The notes: generated by a model not told the origin, from the letters alone. 64,000 nucleotides of DNA from Wenzhouxiangella sp. (GCA_046540955.1 JBKHEF010000013.1:1104-65103); one strand, 5' to 3'; positions 35,609 to 46,201 are shown, counted from the stretch's first letter. Translations and numbers: made by a program.

Positions 35609-37813
35609 ATGACCCAGGAGCCTTCAAACCAGTCTGGCGCGGATCGGATTGCCGATCTACTGGCCCGCATGTCGCTGGAGGAGAAAATCGGCCAGATGGT
35701 CCTGGCCCAGCCCGGGGAGGGTCCGGTGGCCGAAAGCCTGGGCCCGGGTATCCGCGCCGGGAAGATCGGTTCGGTGGTCAACGTGGTCGATCGCGACACT
35801 GTCGATGAACTGCAACGCATCGCCACCGAAGACAGCCCGCTGGGTATCCCGCTGTTGATCGGGAGGGATGTGATCCATGGTTTCCGGACCGTCATGCCGA
35901 TTCCGCTGGCCCAGGCGGCCGGCTGGAATCCGGCGCTGGTGGCTGCGGCTGCCCGCTGTGCGGCCACAGAGGCCGCTGCTGCCGGGATCAACTGGACGTT
36001 TGCGCCGATGATGGATATCGCGCGCGATCCGCGCTGGGGCCGGATTGCCGAGAGCTTTGGCGAGGACGTTTTTCTGGCTTGCCGGATGGCCGCAGCGATG
36101 GTCGATGGCTTCCAGGGCGAGGATCTGTCGGCGCCCGGATCGATCGCTGCCTGCGCCAAGCATTTCGCCGGCTACGGTGCGGTCGAAAGTGGCCGCGATT
36201 ACGCCAGCACCCACATCCCCGCCAACGAACTGCACAACGTCTACCTGCCCCCGTTCAAGGCTGCCGTCGACCGTGGCGTGGCCAGCCTGATGACCTCGTT
36301 CAGCGACCTGGACGGCATTCCGGCCACGGCCCATGATGGTCTGCTGCGCGACCTGCTGCGCGGGCAGTGGGCCTTTGGCGGCTTCGTGGTCAGCGATTGG
36401 GACTCGATCCCGCAGCTCTCGGTCCATGGACTGACCGCCGATGACCGCTCTGCTGCAATCACGGCGGTCAATGCCGGGGTGGACATGGAGATGGCCAGTG
36501 ATACCTACGCGCGTTTCCTGGCCGATGCGGTGCGCTCGGGCGAGGTCGCCGAGGCGCGCATCGATGAAGCCGTTGGCCGTATTCTCCGCATCAAGCTGGA
36601 CCTAGGTCTGTTCGATCAGCCCTGCAAGGCGGTCGCGCAGGATCCCGCCAGGCTTGGCCAGCAGGCCCTGGATGTGGCCTACCAGTCTGCCCTGCAAGGC
36701 ACGGTCCTGCTGCAAAACCGCGGCGATTCGCTGCCGCTGGATGCGGCCGCGCTCAACTCGCTGGCGGTGATCGGGCCGCTGGCCGATGCGCCTTACGAGC
36801 AGCTCGGCACCTGGATCTTCGACGGAGACCCGGGCCTGAGCGTGACCGTCCTGGCGGGGATTCGTGACCGGGTCGGGGCGGCGGTCGACATCGTCCATGT
36901 GCCGGCCCTGGCCACCAGCCGCAGCCGCGACCGGCAGGGCTTCGAGGAGGCCCTGGCTGCTGCCTGCCGGGCCGATGCGACGGTGCTCGTGCTGGGCGAG
37001 GAGTCGATCCTGTCCGGCGAGGCCCATTGCCGGGCCGACATCGATCTGCCCGGCGCCCAGTCCGAGCTGGTCCACCACTTGCGCGCAAGCGGCAAGCCGC
37101 TCATCGCCGTGATCCTGGCGGGCCGGCCGCTGACCCTGTCAAATATTGTCGAGCATGTCGATGCCATCCTGTATGCCTGGCATCCGGGCAGCATGGGCGG
37201 GGCGGCAATTGCCGATCTGCTTCTCGGCGTTGCCACTCCGTCGGGCAAGCTGCCGGTGACCTTCCCGCGCGCGGTCGGGCAGATTCCGCTGTACTACAAC
37301 GCAAGGAATACCGGCAAGCCGCCGCGCCCGGATACGGTGGTGCATATCGACGATATCCCGGTTGCCGCGCCGCAGACCTCGCTGGGCATGTCGGCGTTTC
37401 ACCTTGATGTCGATTACACCCCGCTGTTTGCCTTCGGCCATGGCCTGTCCTACACCCGCTTTGAATATGCCGGGCTTCGCCTCAGCGACCAGCGCCTGCG
37501 ACCCGGTGAGACACTGACAGTCAGCGTGGCGCTCAGCAACCGCGGGCGGCTGCGGGCCGAAGAGGTGGTCCAGTTGTACGTGCGCGACCCGGTCGCGAGC
37601 ATCACTCGGCCGGTGCGGGAACTCAAGGGCTTCCAGCGCGTTTGCCTGGATGCCGGCCAGACTGTGCGGGTCGAGTTTCACCTCGTTGCCGAGGATCTGG
37701 CCTTTTATGGTCGGCGGCAGCAACGGGTGATCGAGTCCGGTCGTTTCGCCGTCTGGGTGGGTGGCAGCTCGGAGGCCCGGTTGTCCAGCGAATTTGAACT
37801 GGTTGATTGCTAA
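35609..37813 (+). CDS. GH3 beta-glucosidase (BglX-like)
   Basis: DVIHG, RDPRWGR, KHFAGYG, VVSDW nucleophile, LGEE acid/base, Fn3 EVVQLYVRD...KELKGF-like. Confidence 0.95.
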   Translation: MTQEPSNQSGADRIADLLARMSLEEKIGQMVLAQPGEGPVAESLGPGIRAGKIGSVVNVVDRDTVDELQRIATEDSPLGIPLLIGRDVIHGFRTVMPIPLAQAAGWNPALVAAAARCAATEAAAAGINWTFAPMMDIARDPRWGRIAESFGEDVFLACRMAAAMVDGFQGEDLSAPGSIAACAKHFAGYGAVESGRDYASTHIPANELHNVYLPPFKAAVDRGVASLMTSFSDLDGIPATAHDGLLRDLLRGQWAFGGFVVSDWDSIPQLSVHGLTADDRSAAITAVNAGVDMEMASDTYARFLADAVRSGEVAEARIDEAVGRILRIKLDLGLFDQPCKAVAQDPARLGQQALDVAYQSALQGTVLLQNRGDSLPLDAAALNSLAVIGPLADAPYEQLGTWIFDGDPGLSVTVLAGIRDRVGAAVDIVHVPALATSRSRDRQGFEEALAAACRADATVLVLGEESILSGEAHCRADIDLPGAQSELVHHLRASGKPLIAVILAGRPLTLSNIVEHVDAILYAWHPGSMGGAAIADLLLGVATPSGKLPVTFPRAVGQIPLYYNARNTGKPPRPDTVVHIDDIPVAAPQTSLGMSAFHLDVDYTPLFAFGHGLSYTRFEYAGLRLSDQRLRPGETLTVSVALSNRGRLRAEEVVQLYVRDPVASITRPVRELKGFQRVCLDAGQTVRVEFHLVAEDLAFYGRRQQRVIESGRFAVWVGGSSEARLSSEFELVDC

Positions 37814-37822
37814 AAAAGGAGC

Positions 37823-39139
37823 GTGATGGTTATGCCTGTTTTCTTGTTCTGGGCCGGGCTTGTTCTGATCAGTCTGGCCGGTGTGGCCCAGATGGCGCAG
37901 GCGGACCCGGTGCCGGTCGAGGTGGTCGGCAGCGAGTCCGGCTACCAGTTGTTGCGCGGCGGAGAACCTTACTCGGTGCGAGGTGCCGGTATGGTCGACG
38001 ATGACCTCGAGCGCTTCGTTGCCCGCGGTGGCAATTCGATCCGGACCTGGACCACGCGCTCGGAAGACACCGACATGCCGGCCCTGCTGGATCGGGCCGA
38101 TGAACTTGGCGTGACGGTCGCGCTGACCCTGCCGATGCAGCCGGAACGCTATGGCTTCGACTACGACGACGAAGCGGCCGTGGCCGCCCAGCTGGAGATG
38201 CTGCGCAATGAGGTGCTGCGCTACCGCGACCATCCGGCCGTACTGATGTGGATCATCGGCAACGAGCTCAACCACAGCTACACCAACCCGCGGGTCTGGG
38301 ATGCGGTCAATGATGTCGCCCGGATGATCAAGGAGCTTGACCCCCATCATCCGGCAACGACCGCCATTGCGGGCATACGCGACGAGGACATCCTGGAAAT
38401 TCTCGTGCGCGCGCCGGCGCTGGACTTTATCAGTTTCCAGGCCTATGGCCGGATCTTCGAGCTGCGCGAAACCCTGGCCCGGCTCGAATTCGAACAGCCC
38501 TTCATGATCACCGAGTGGGGCACGATCGGCTGGTGGGAGATGGAGAAGACCAGCTGGGGTGCACCGGTCGAGTTGAACAGTTCGGAAAAGGCTGATGTCT
38601 TCCTGCGCGCCTACCAGGACATCATGCTGCCGCTGGCCGATCAGTTACTGGGCACTTACGCCTTTTTCTGGGGCCAGAAGCAGGAACGTACGCCGACCTG
38701 GTTCGGCGTGCTGACCATGGACGGCGCGCAAACCGAGGCGGCCGACGTGCTCGAGTACATCTGGACCGGCCAGTGGCCGGCGCATCGCGTGGCTCGGGTC
38801 GAGCAGTTGCGGCTCGACGGCAAGAGCGCGCGCGACAACGTGATTGTGCAGGCCGGCCGCGACTACCCGGTCCACTTCGAGGTCAGCGGCGCGGACGAGC
38901 GGGCGCTGACCTATCGTTGGGAAATCAAGCCGGAAAGCGATGCCACCCAGGTTGGCGGTGATTACGAGGCCTATATTCCAAGCCTGGATCGCGCGCAGGT
39001 CTCGGGTAACCTCGCCAGCGGCCAGTTGCTGGTGGCCGAACCCGGCGCTTACCGCCTGTTTGCCTATGCCGAAGACGACCATGGCCGCGTTGCCCACGCC
39101 AACATCCCGCTGCTGGTCGAAGACGATCTCGATCAGTGA
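37823..39139 (+). CDS. Secreted clan GH-A TIM-barrel glycosidase (GH2-TIM-like, probably GH158 endo-beta-1,3-glucanase)
   Basis: Signal peptide, GGNSIRTW, WIIGNEL acid/base, ITEWG nucleophile, WGQKQERTPTW; the family assignment is inference. Confidence 0.75.
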   Translation: MMVMPVFLFWAGLVLISLAGVAQMAQADPVPVEVVGSESGYQLLRGGEPYSVRGAGMVDDDLERFVARGGNSIRTWTTRSEDTDMPALLDRADELGVTVALTLPMQPERYGFDYDDEAAVAAQLEMLRNEVLRYRDHPAVLMWIIGNELNHSYTNPRVWDAVNDVARMIKELDPHHPATTAIAGIRDEDILEILVRAPALDFISFQAYGRIFELRETLARLEFEQPFMITEWGTIGWWEMEKTSWGAPVELNSSEKADVFLRAYQDIMLPLADQLLGTYAFFWGQKQERTPTWFGVLTMDGAQTEAADVLEYIWTGQWPAHRVARVEQLRLDGKSARDNVIVQAGRDYPVHFEVSGADERALTYRWEIKPESDATQVGGDYEAYIPSLDRAQVSGNLASGQLLVAEPGAYRLFAYAEDDHGRVAHANIPLLVEDDLDQ

Positions 39140-39164
39140 GCCGGGGCCTGGTCCCGGGCGCGGT

Positions 39165-40199
39165 CTAGCGCACTTCGGCTATCGGGCCCGTGGATCCGCG
39201 GATGCGCAGCGTCCCGGGTACGACGAAATGACCGGAGCTGTCATCGCCGGCGTGTTTGACCAGCATCAGTGCGGCCTGCTCGGCCATGGCCGCAAACGGC
39301 TGGCGAATGGTGGTCAGCGGCGGATGCACCTGCTCGGCCAGGGTGATATCGTCGCAGCCGGCGACCGACAACTGATCGGGAATGGCAATGCCGAGCGTGC
39401 ATGCTGCCCGCATCACGCCGACCGCCATGTCGTCGTTGGCGGCAAAGATCGCCGTCGGCCGGCGCTTGCGCTTGAGCAGTTCCAGGCCGGCCCGTTCGCC
39501 CGAGCCGAAGGAATTGTCGCCGCTGGCCACCAGTTCGGGCGAGAAGGCAAGGCCATTGCGTATCAGGCCATCCTGGTAACCAAGCAAACGCTGTCCGACC
39601 GCCTGGTGCTGCGGATGGCCGGAGATGAAGCCGATCCTGCGGTGGCCATGGGCAGCCAGGTGATCGACCATCTGGGCGCTGAATTCACGGTCGTTGGTGC
39701 TCACCACACCGTCGGCGGGACGCTTGAGGCCGGGCGATAGCCGGATCAGCGGCGTGCCGGTGGCCTTGATGGCGCGCACCACGGGCTGGGTGTTCGACAG
39801 GGGTGCCGCCAGCACGATTCCGGCCGGCCTGGCCCGGCGGATCAGCGCGGCGAGTTCGTGCCGGATGCCCTGGCTGCGATAGCTGCATGGATGGATCAGG
39901 AGTTCGTGGCCATGCGCGCGGCAGACCCGGAGCACACCCTCCTGAAGGCGGATGATATACCCGGCCGACGGCAGTTCGTAGGCACTGGGATCGTCGTAGA
40001 TCAGGCAGATCAGGTGCGCGCGGCGGCTGGCCAGGTCACGCGCTGACTGGTTGGGTGAGTAACCGAGTTCGGCGATCGCCGATTCGACCCGGGCCCGGGT
40101 CTGGTCGCGCACGCCGGGCTCGCGGTTGACCACCCGCGAAACCGTCTTGATGGAGACACCCGCCAGGCGGGCGACATCGGTAATGGTCGTGTTGGCCAT
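39165..40199 (-). CDS. LacI-family transcriptional regulator
   Basis: TITDVARLAGVSIKTVSRVVN HTH, AIFAANDDMA, PPLTTI. Confidence 0.96.
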   Translation of the reverse strand: MANTTITDVARLAGVSIKTVSRVVNREPGVRDQTRARVESAIAELGYSPNQSARDLASRRAHLICLIYDDPSAYELPSAGYIIRLQEGVLRVCRAHGHELLIHPCSYRSQGIRHELAALIRRARPAGIVLAAPLSNTQPVVRAIKATGTPLIRLSPGLKRPADGVVSTNDREFSAQMVDHLAAHGHRRIGFISGHPQHQAVGQRLLGYQDGLIRNGLAFSPELVASGDNSFGSGERAGLELLKRKRRPTAIFAANDDMAVGVMRAACTLGIAIPDQLSVAGCDDITLAEQVHPPLTTIRQPFAAMAEQAALMLVKHAGDDSSGHFVVPGTLRIRGSTGPIAEVR

Positions 40200-40288
40200 G
40201 GCGATGAATTCTACCGGCAGTTTCCGGATCGGCAAGCGGTTTGACCTGCAGCCTGTGGGATACTGCCCGTCACCACGGGAGGAATGCC

Positions 40289-41284
40289 ATGGAATATCGT
40301 CGCCTGGGAACATCCGGCCTGAAGGTTTCAGCCCTGTCGCTGGGCTCCTGGGTCACCTTCGGCAAGCAGGTTGATGCCAGGTCGGCCAGGGTGTTGCTGG
40401 AAACCGCCTGGCAGGCCGGGGTCAATTTCTTCGACAACGCCGAAGGCTACGAGGCCGGCGAGTCGGAAAGAATCATGGGCGCGGCGATCCGTGATCTCGG
40501 CCTGGCGCGCGATACCTTCATCATCTCCTCCAAGGTGTTCTGGGGGGGTGACCGGCCGACCCAGCTGGGGCTGTCGGCCAAACACGTGCGCGAAGCCTGC
40601 GACCAGGCGCTCAAGCGCTTGCAGGTTGACTACCTGGACCTGTTCTTCTGCCACCGGCCCGACATCGACACGCCCATCGAGGAAACCGTGCGCGCCATGC
40701 ACCAGCTGGTCATGCAGGGCAAGGTCCTCTACTGGGGCACCTCGGAGTGGAGTGCCCGGCAGATCACCGAGGCCCACGGGATCGCCCGCCAGGAGCACCT
40801 GACCCCGCCGGTCGTCGAGCAGCCGCAGTACAACCTGCTCAACCGGCAAAAAGTCGAAGCCGAGTATCGTCCGCTGTACGAACGCTTCGGCCTGGGTACC
40901 ACGATCTGGTCACCGCTGGCCTCGGGTCTGCTGACCGGCAAGTATCTTGACGGCATTCCCGAGGACTCGCGCCTGAACCTGCCTGGATACGAATGGCTGC
41001 GCGATCTTCTGCTCGATGAGGCCGGACAGGACCGGCTGGCCAGAATCGGCCGCCTGCAGCCGGTGGCCGAGGCGCTGGGGATCAGCCTGACCCACCTGGC
41101 GATCGCCTGGTGTCTGAAAAATCCGAACGTCAGCACTGTGATCCTCGGAGCCTCCCGCCTCTCCCAGCTGGAGGACAACCTGGCCGCACTCGATGCGGTC
41201 CCGAAACTGACCGATGCGGTCATGGCGCAAATCGACGAGATCATGGGCAACCGCCCGGCCGAACCGGAGCGGTTCGGACAGTAA
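40289..41284 (+). CDS. Aldo/keto reductase, Kv-beta-like
   Basis: SGLKVS.LSLGSWVTFG, FFDNAEGY, IISSKVFWG, FCHRPD, WSPLASGLLTGKY. Confidence 0.92.
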   Translation: MEYRRLGTSGLKVSALSLGSWVTFGKQVDARSARVLLETAWQAGVNFFDNAEGYEAGESERIMGAAIRDLGLARDTFIISSKVFWGGDRPTQLGLSAKHVREACDQALKRLQVDYLDLFFCHRPDIDTPIEETVRAMHQLVMQGKVLYWGTSEWSARQITEAHGIARQEHLTPPVVEQPQYNLLNRQKVEAEYRPLYERFGLGTTIWSPLASGLLTGKYLDGIPEDSRLNLPGYEWLRDLLLDEAGQDRLARIGRLQPVAEALGISLTHLAIAWCLKNPNVSTVILGASRLSQLEDNLAALDAVPKLTDAVMAQIDEIMGNRPAEPERFGQ

Positions 41285-41307
41285 GTCCTGCGGGGCGGAT
41301 TTTGGCC

Positions 41308-42909
41308 TCAGCCGGTCAGCTGGTCTTCAAGTTCCTCGAGCGACCGGCGCTTGGTTTCCGGCACGATCTTCCAGATGAAGACCAGGCCGGCGGCGGCAAA
41401 CAGGCCATAGACCAGGAAGGTCAGGGCATTGCCGAGGGTGGCCAGCTCCCAGGGAAAGACCAGCTGAACCAGAAAGCTGATCCCGGAGTTGATGAAGCCG
41501 GCAAACGAGATCGCCAGGCCGCGCACCCTGAGTGGAAACAGCTCGGAAAACATCACCCACATCACAGGTCCGATGGAGACGGCAAAAGAGGCCACGAAAA
41601 ACAGGATGCCGAACAGGATCAGGCCCGGCCGGATGTCGATGGCCGCGGTGATCAGTTCGGCTTCGTGGGCGCGGGCCAGATCCGGGCTGAGCGTTTCGGC
41701 CAGGGCCTGCCGGAAGGCGACATCACTGCTGAAGGTGACTTCGTGCAAGCCAACCAGCTCCATCATGGTGTCGGGCGGTAAGGACAGATCGCGGAGCCTG
41801 TCCTCGGTCAGCGTGTAGCTGGCCGAGCCGAAACCCCAGGCCAGGACCATCATCGCCAGGGTGATGCCGGCCATGCCGCCCAGCAGCAATGGCCGGCGAC
41901 CGATCCTGTCGATGAGCAGCATGGCGATGACGGTAAAGGCCAGGTTGGTCAGGCCGACCAGCACCGCCTGCATGAACGATGCATCGGTGCCGATGCCCGA
42001 TTGCTCGAAGATCATCGGGGCATAGAAAAATACCGCGTTGATGCCGGTGATCTGCTGCAGCACGGCCAGGACGATGCCGGTGACCAGCACCAGGCGCAGT
42101 GCCGGATGAAAGATTTCGCGCAGGGCGACCTTTTCCCGGTGCTGGTCGCGTTCCAGGTTGCGCTGGATGTCGGCGATCTGTTTTGCAACTTCGACCGGCG
42201 CGAAGATGCGCTGAAGGGTTGCGGCTGCCTGATCATGCATGCCTTTCATGATCTGCCAGCGCGGGCTTTGCGGAACCCCCAGCAGGCCGCCAAAGAACAC
42301 CAGCGCCGGCAGGGTTTCAATGCCGAGCATCCAGCGCCAGGCATGGGCATCGAGCAGCAGGGCCTGGGCCCATGCGGCGTCCGACTGGGCAAACTGCAGA
42401 ATCAGGTAGTTGCTGAAGAAAGCCGCCGAGATGCCGATGACGATGTTGAGCTGGTTGAGGCTGACCAGCCGGCCACGACTGGCCGGTGGTGCGATCTCGG
42501 CGATATACATCGGCGCCACGATCAGCGAGGCACCAACACCCAGTCCGCCGATCATCCGGGCGATCACCAGGGTGACAAAGTCCGGCGCCAGAGCTGATCC
42601 GATGGCCGAGATGGCATAGAGGATCGCTGCGGCCTTGAGGACGCCGCGCCGACCGTAACGGTCACTCAAGGGACCGGCGAAGATCATCGCCAGGGTAGCG
42701 GTCAGGGTCAGCGAGCCCACGGCCCAGCCGATCTGCAGGCTTGAAAGACCAAACTCCGGGCCGATGAATCGAACCACTCCGGAGATCACTGATGCGTCGA
42801 AGCCCATCAGGAAGCCGCCGAGCGCCACGATGAGCGCGATCCGGACCACGTAACGCTGACTGCTGTTCATTGCTGGAACCTGGCTGGCCTGCACGCTTGA
42901 GGCCTGCAT
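41308..42909 (-). CDS. Sugar porter family MFS transporter
   Basis: GGFLMGFD, SDRYGRR, MYIAEIAP, QQITGINAVFFY, IDRIGRR, SELFP, VPETK; an alternative start is at 42870. Confidence 0.93.
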   Translation of the reverse strand: MQASSVQASQVPAMNSSQRYVVRIALIVALGGFLMGFDASVISGVVRFIGPEFGLSSLQIGWAVGSLTLTATLAMIFAGPLSDRYGRRGVLKAAAILYAISAIGSALAPDFVTLVIARMIGGLGVGASLIVAPMYIAEIAPPASRGRLVSLNQLNIVIGISAAFFSNYLILQFAQSDAAWAQALLLDAHAWRWMLGIETLPALVFFGGLLGVPQSPRWQIMKGMHDQAAATLQRIFAPVEVAKQIADIQRNLERDQHREKVALREIFHPALRLVLVTGIVLAVLQQITGINAVFFYAPMIFEQSGIGTDASFMQAVLVGLTNLAFTVIAMLLIDRIGRRPLLLGGMAGITLAMMVLAWGFGSASYTLTEDRLRDLSLPPDTMMELVGLHEVTFSSDVAFRQALAETLSPDLARAHEAELITAAIDIRPGLILFGILFFVASFAVSIGPVMWVMFSELFPLRVRGLAISFAGFINSGISFLVQLVFPWELATLGNALTFLVYGLFAAAGLVFIWKIVPETKRRSLEELEDQLTG

Positions 42910-42946
42910 GGTAAGACAAATCTGCCGGCCATGATGCCACCATGGT

Positions 42947-42995
42947 TGACAACGCTGTCAGCATTCTTTATAAAGCCCGGAAACAAGCGCTGTCA
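42947..42995. promoter_or_regulatory. Two LacI-family operators in the divergent sugar porter/TBDR promoter
   Basis: TGACAACGCTGTCA (42947-42960) and AACAAGCGCTGTCA (42982-42995). Confidence 0.8.
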
Positions 42996-43110
42996 AAAAA
43001 AGTTCAAGCACCGGTTTGTAGTGCGGCGCAACAACCTGGGCTTGCCATAAAAAGAACAGCTGCACACCCACAAACTGCTTCGATACTTTTGGCTGAGGAG
43101 GGAAGACCCC

Positions 43111-46100
43111 ATGGATTCAAACGTTATCCGCAAGACGCCTTTGGCTGCCGCAGTAGCCCTGGCGCTTGGTACCTGCATGCTTTCGCCGGCGCACGCGCGC
43201 CAGGATGAGGAGGCAGCCCAGGACGAAGAAACAACCGAACAATCCACAGAACAGACAACCGACTTCTTCACCGACGACCGTATTCAGGTTGTCGGCGTTC
43301 GCGGCAGCCTGATGCGGTCGATGGATCGCAAGCGTGATGCGGTCGGCCTGGTCGATGCCATCACCGCCGAGGACATCGGCAAGTTTCCCGACCAGAACCT
43401 GGCCGAAGCGCTCCAGCGTATTCCCGGCATTTCGATCAACCGGACCAACAACGAGGGCTCGCAGATCACCGTGCGCGGCTTCGGGCCGGAATTCAACCTG
43501 GTTACCCTCAACGGTCGCTCGATGCCGTCACAGGGTGGCCGTTCGTTTGATTTCGGCGACATTGCCTCCACCGGCATCAGTGCGGTCGAAGTCATCAAGA
43601 GCGGTCGGGCTGCGCTGCCCACCGGTGGCATCGGGGCAACGGTCAACATGATCACCGCCCGGCCGCTGGAAAACCCCGGTTTTCGCGGCGTGCTGGTCGG
43701 CAAGGCGGTCCATGAAACCTCCTCCAGCGATGGTGATCTGGGCAACCTCGATGAGTTCACCCCGGAGATTGCCGGCATCTACAGCAATACCTTCGCCGAC
43801 AACACCTTCGGTATTGCCCTGACCGGCTCCTATGAACAGCGCGACAACCGCGAAGAGTTCGCCGCGGTCAACAGCTGGGTGCCCAATTACGGTCTGGACG
43901 GCGGTACCGTCAACAACAACAACCAGCGCGATGACGGGGTCTGGTGGCATCCCCAGGATGCCGGTTACGGTTTTGCCGACATCTCGCGCACCCGTACCAA
44001 CGGCCAGCTGACCCTGCAGTGGCAGCCCAGCGACCGCATCCGCATGACCCTGGACTATACCTATTCGGAGCTTGAGTTCGAGAAGGACCAGAACAGCTTC
44101 GGGATCTGGTTTGCCAATCCCAATGTCTCGGCCACGATCAACGAACGCGGCACGGTCACCGACGTCACCCAGGTTGGTGGTGACTACGCGATCAATGTCG
44201 CCCGCGACAATACCGTCAAGGAAAACGACTCGCTCGGCTTCAATGTCAGTTTTCAGGCCACTGACAATCTGGAACTGATCTTCGACGCCCATGACTCCAG
44301 CTCTAACCTGAAAGGCGGTGGGCTGGGTGACGGCATCCCTGGCAGCTCGGCCAACCTGATCGTCGGCAACACCTTCTGTGACTGGTGTGGCACCGTGCCC
44401 GGAGCAGGACCGACGACTGCCACCATCGACGAGAAATTTGCTTCCTACTCGGCCGGGGGCATTCCGATCTGGGGTGCCACCTTCCGCGATCAGGAGACCG
44501 GGGAGATCCTGGACTTCCTGCGAAGAAGCGACATGGGTTCGCTGTTCGGCCAGGCTTTCGATGTCGACAACGTCAACGACATCCAGCAATTCCAGCTTGA
44601 TGGCATCTGGACCAACCCGGGGTCTGGTGCGATTTCGAGCGTCGAATTCGGCGCCAGCATGACCGAGCAGGAGTTCGTCAACCGCAACGCCTTCTCCGGC
44701 CTGCTACCCGGCGGCTTCTGGTTGACCTCGGCCCAGTACTGGCCCGACGAACTCTGGGACGAAGTAGGCTTTGGCGGCCTGCTGTCGGACTTCTCCAACA
44801 GCGGCAACTTCCCGCTGGATCGATTCTTCGTGACCGACTTCAACACCATGGTCGATATCTATGAATCGCTGGATTGCGTCTCCACCGGCGATCCGGTCTG
44901 CAACGATGTCTACTGGCCGTCGTGGGGACCGGAATTCCAGGATCCGTCCGGCGAGCGCGGCTTTTTCTGGCCCGGCCCGCTGGGCAATGCCAGCGGTGGC
45001 GGGGTTGAAGAAGAGATTACGGCGGCCTATTTCCAGGTCAATATGCAAGACCGGATCGCCGGGCTGCCATTCAATGCCCGGGTCGGTCTTCGGATCGAAG
45101 ACACCGAGACCAAGTCATCCGGCGACGAAGTGCCGGCCCAGGCCGTGGTCTGGGTGGGGGGTGATGAGTTCGTGACCGAATTCGGCCCGCCGACCTTCGT
45201 CACCGAGACCAGCTCGAATACCGAGTTCCTGCCGAGCCTGGATTTTGACCTGACCTTCCGGCATGACCTGATCTCGCGCTTCTCCTACAGCCGGACCCTG
45301 GCCCGCCCGCCGATCGGCGCGCTCAGCCCGGTGCGTTCGTTCGTCGGCAATCCCAACCCGCAAAACCGCGAGGCCAGCTCGGGCAATCCGGACCTGGTGC
45401 CGTACGTCTCCGACAATTTCGACCTGTCGCTGGAGTGGTACTACGCACCGGGCAGTTATGCCTCGGTCGCCTACTTCCGCAAGCATGTCGATAATTTCCT
45501 GGTCGGCACCACGGTGCGCGAAACCTTTGAAGGCCTGCTTGATCCGTTCCGCGGCGCCCAGGCCGAACTGGCCCGGGAACAGTTGGCCGCCGAGGGCATT
45601 CCGCTGAGCAACGCCAATATCTTTGCCCGCATCAATGAGAACCTCGGGGTACCCGCGACCACGCCGGTCCGGGCCCAGCCGGGTGATCCGCTGATCGAGT
45701 GGAACGTCTCGACCACCGATAATGCCGAGCAGGGCCGCATCTGGGGCTGGGAGTTCCAGGTCCAGCACATGTTCGCCGACACGGGCTTTGGCGTGCAGGC
45801 CAACGCCACCCTGGTAACCGGCGATGTCAAGGTTGATCGTAACGCGGTCGACCGTCAGTTCGCGCTGCCGGGACTCAGTGACTCGTACAACCTGATCGGC
45901 TTTTACGAAAACGAGCACATCTCGGCGCGAATCGCCTGGAACTGGCGCGATGAGTTCCTGTCCGGCTTCGACCAGTTCGACTCGCCGATCTTTGTCGAGG
46001 ACTATGGCCAGTTCGACATCAACCTGTCGTGGTTTGCCACCGAGAATCTGACCGTCTTCCTCGAGGGCCTCAATGTGACCGAGGAAACCCAGCGGGTCTA

Positions 46101-46179
46101 CGTGCGCTATCCCGAGCAGTTGGTGCGTGGCAACCAGTATGGGGCGCGCTACAATCTCGGGGCACGATGGAGATTCTGA
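43111..46179 (+). CDS. TonB-dependent receptor, glycan (CUT-locus) type
   Basis: DAITAEDIGKFPDQNLAEALQRIPG, VRGFGP, GNPDLVPY..DNFD, C-terminal WRF. Confidence 0.95.
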   Translation: MDSNVIRKTPLAAAVALALGTCMLSPAHARQDEEAAQDEETTEQSTEQTTDFFTDDRIQVVGVRGSLMRSMDRKRDAVGLVDAITAEDIGKFPDQNLAEALQRIPGISINRTNNEGSQITVRGFGPEFNLVTLNGRSMPSQGGRSFDFGDIASTGISAVEVIKSGRAALPTGGIGATVNMITARPLENPGFRGVLVGKAVHETSSSDGDLGNLDEFTPEIAGIYSNTFADNTFGIALTGSYEQRDNREEFAAVNSWVPNYGLDGGTVNNNNQRDDGVWWHPQDAGYGFADISRTRTNGQLTLQWQPSDRIRMTLDYTYSELEFEKDQNSFGIWFANPNVSATINERGTVTDVTQVGGDYAINVARDNTVKENDSLGFNVSFQATDNLELIFDAHDSSSNLKGGGLGDGIPGSSANLIVGNTFCDWCGTVPGAGPTTATIDEKFASYSAGGIPIWGATFRDQETGEILDFLRRSDMGSLFGQAFDVDNVNDIQQFQLDGIWTNPGSGAISSVEFGASMTEQEFVNRNAFSGLLPGGFWLTSAQYWPDELWDEVGFGGLLSDFSNSGNFPLDRFFVTDFNTMVDIYESLDCVSTGDPVCNDVYWPSWGPEFQDPSGERGFFWPGPLGNASGGGVEEEITAAYFQVNMQDRIAGLPFNARVGLRIEDTETKSSGDEVPAQAVVWVGGDEFVTEFGPPTFVTETSSNTEFLPSLDFDLTFRHDLISRFSYSRTLARPPIGALSPVRSFVGNPNPQNREASSGNPDLVPYVSDNFDLSLEWYYAPGSYASVAYFRKHVDNFLVGTTVRETFEGLLDPFRGAQAELAREQLAAEGIPLSNANIFARINENLGVPATTPVRAQPGDPLIEWNVSTTDNAEQGRIWGWEFQVQHMFADTGFGVQANATLVTGDVKVDRNAVDRQFALPGLSDSYNLIGFYENEHISARIAWNWRDEFLSGFDQFDSPIFVEDYGQFDINLSWFATENLTVFLEGLNVTEETQRVYVRYPEQLVRGNQYGARYNLGARWRF

Positions 46180-46201
46180 CCCCCGCCGGCGATCGCTGAT
46201 C

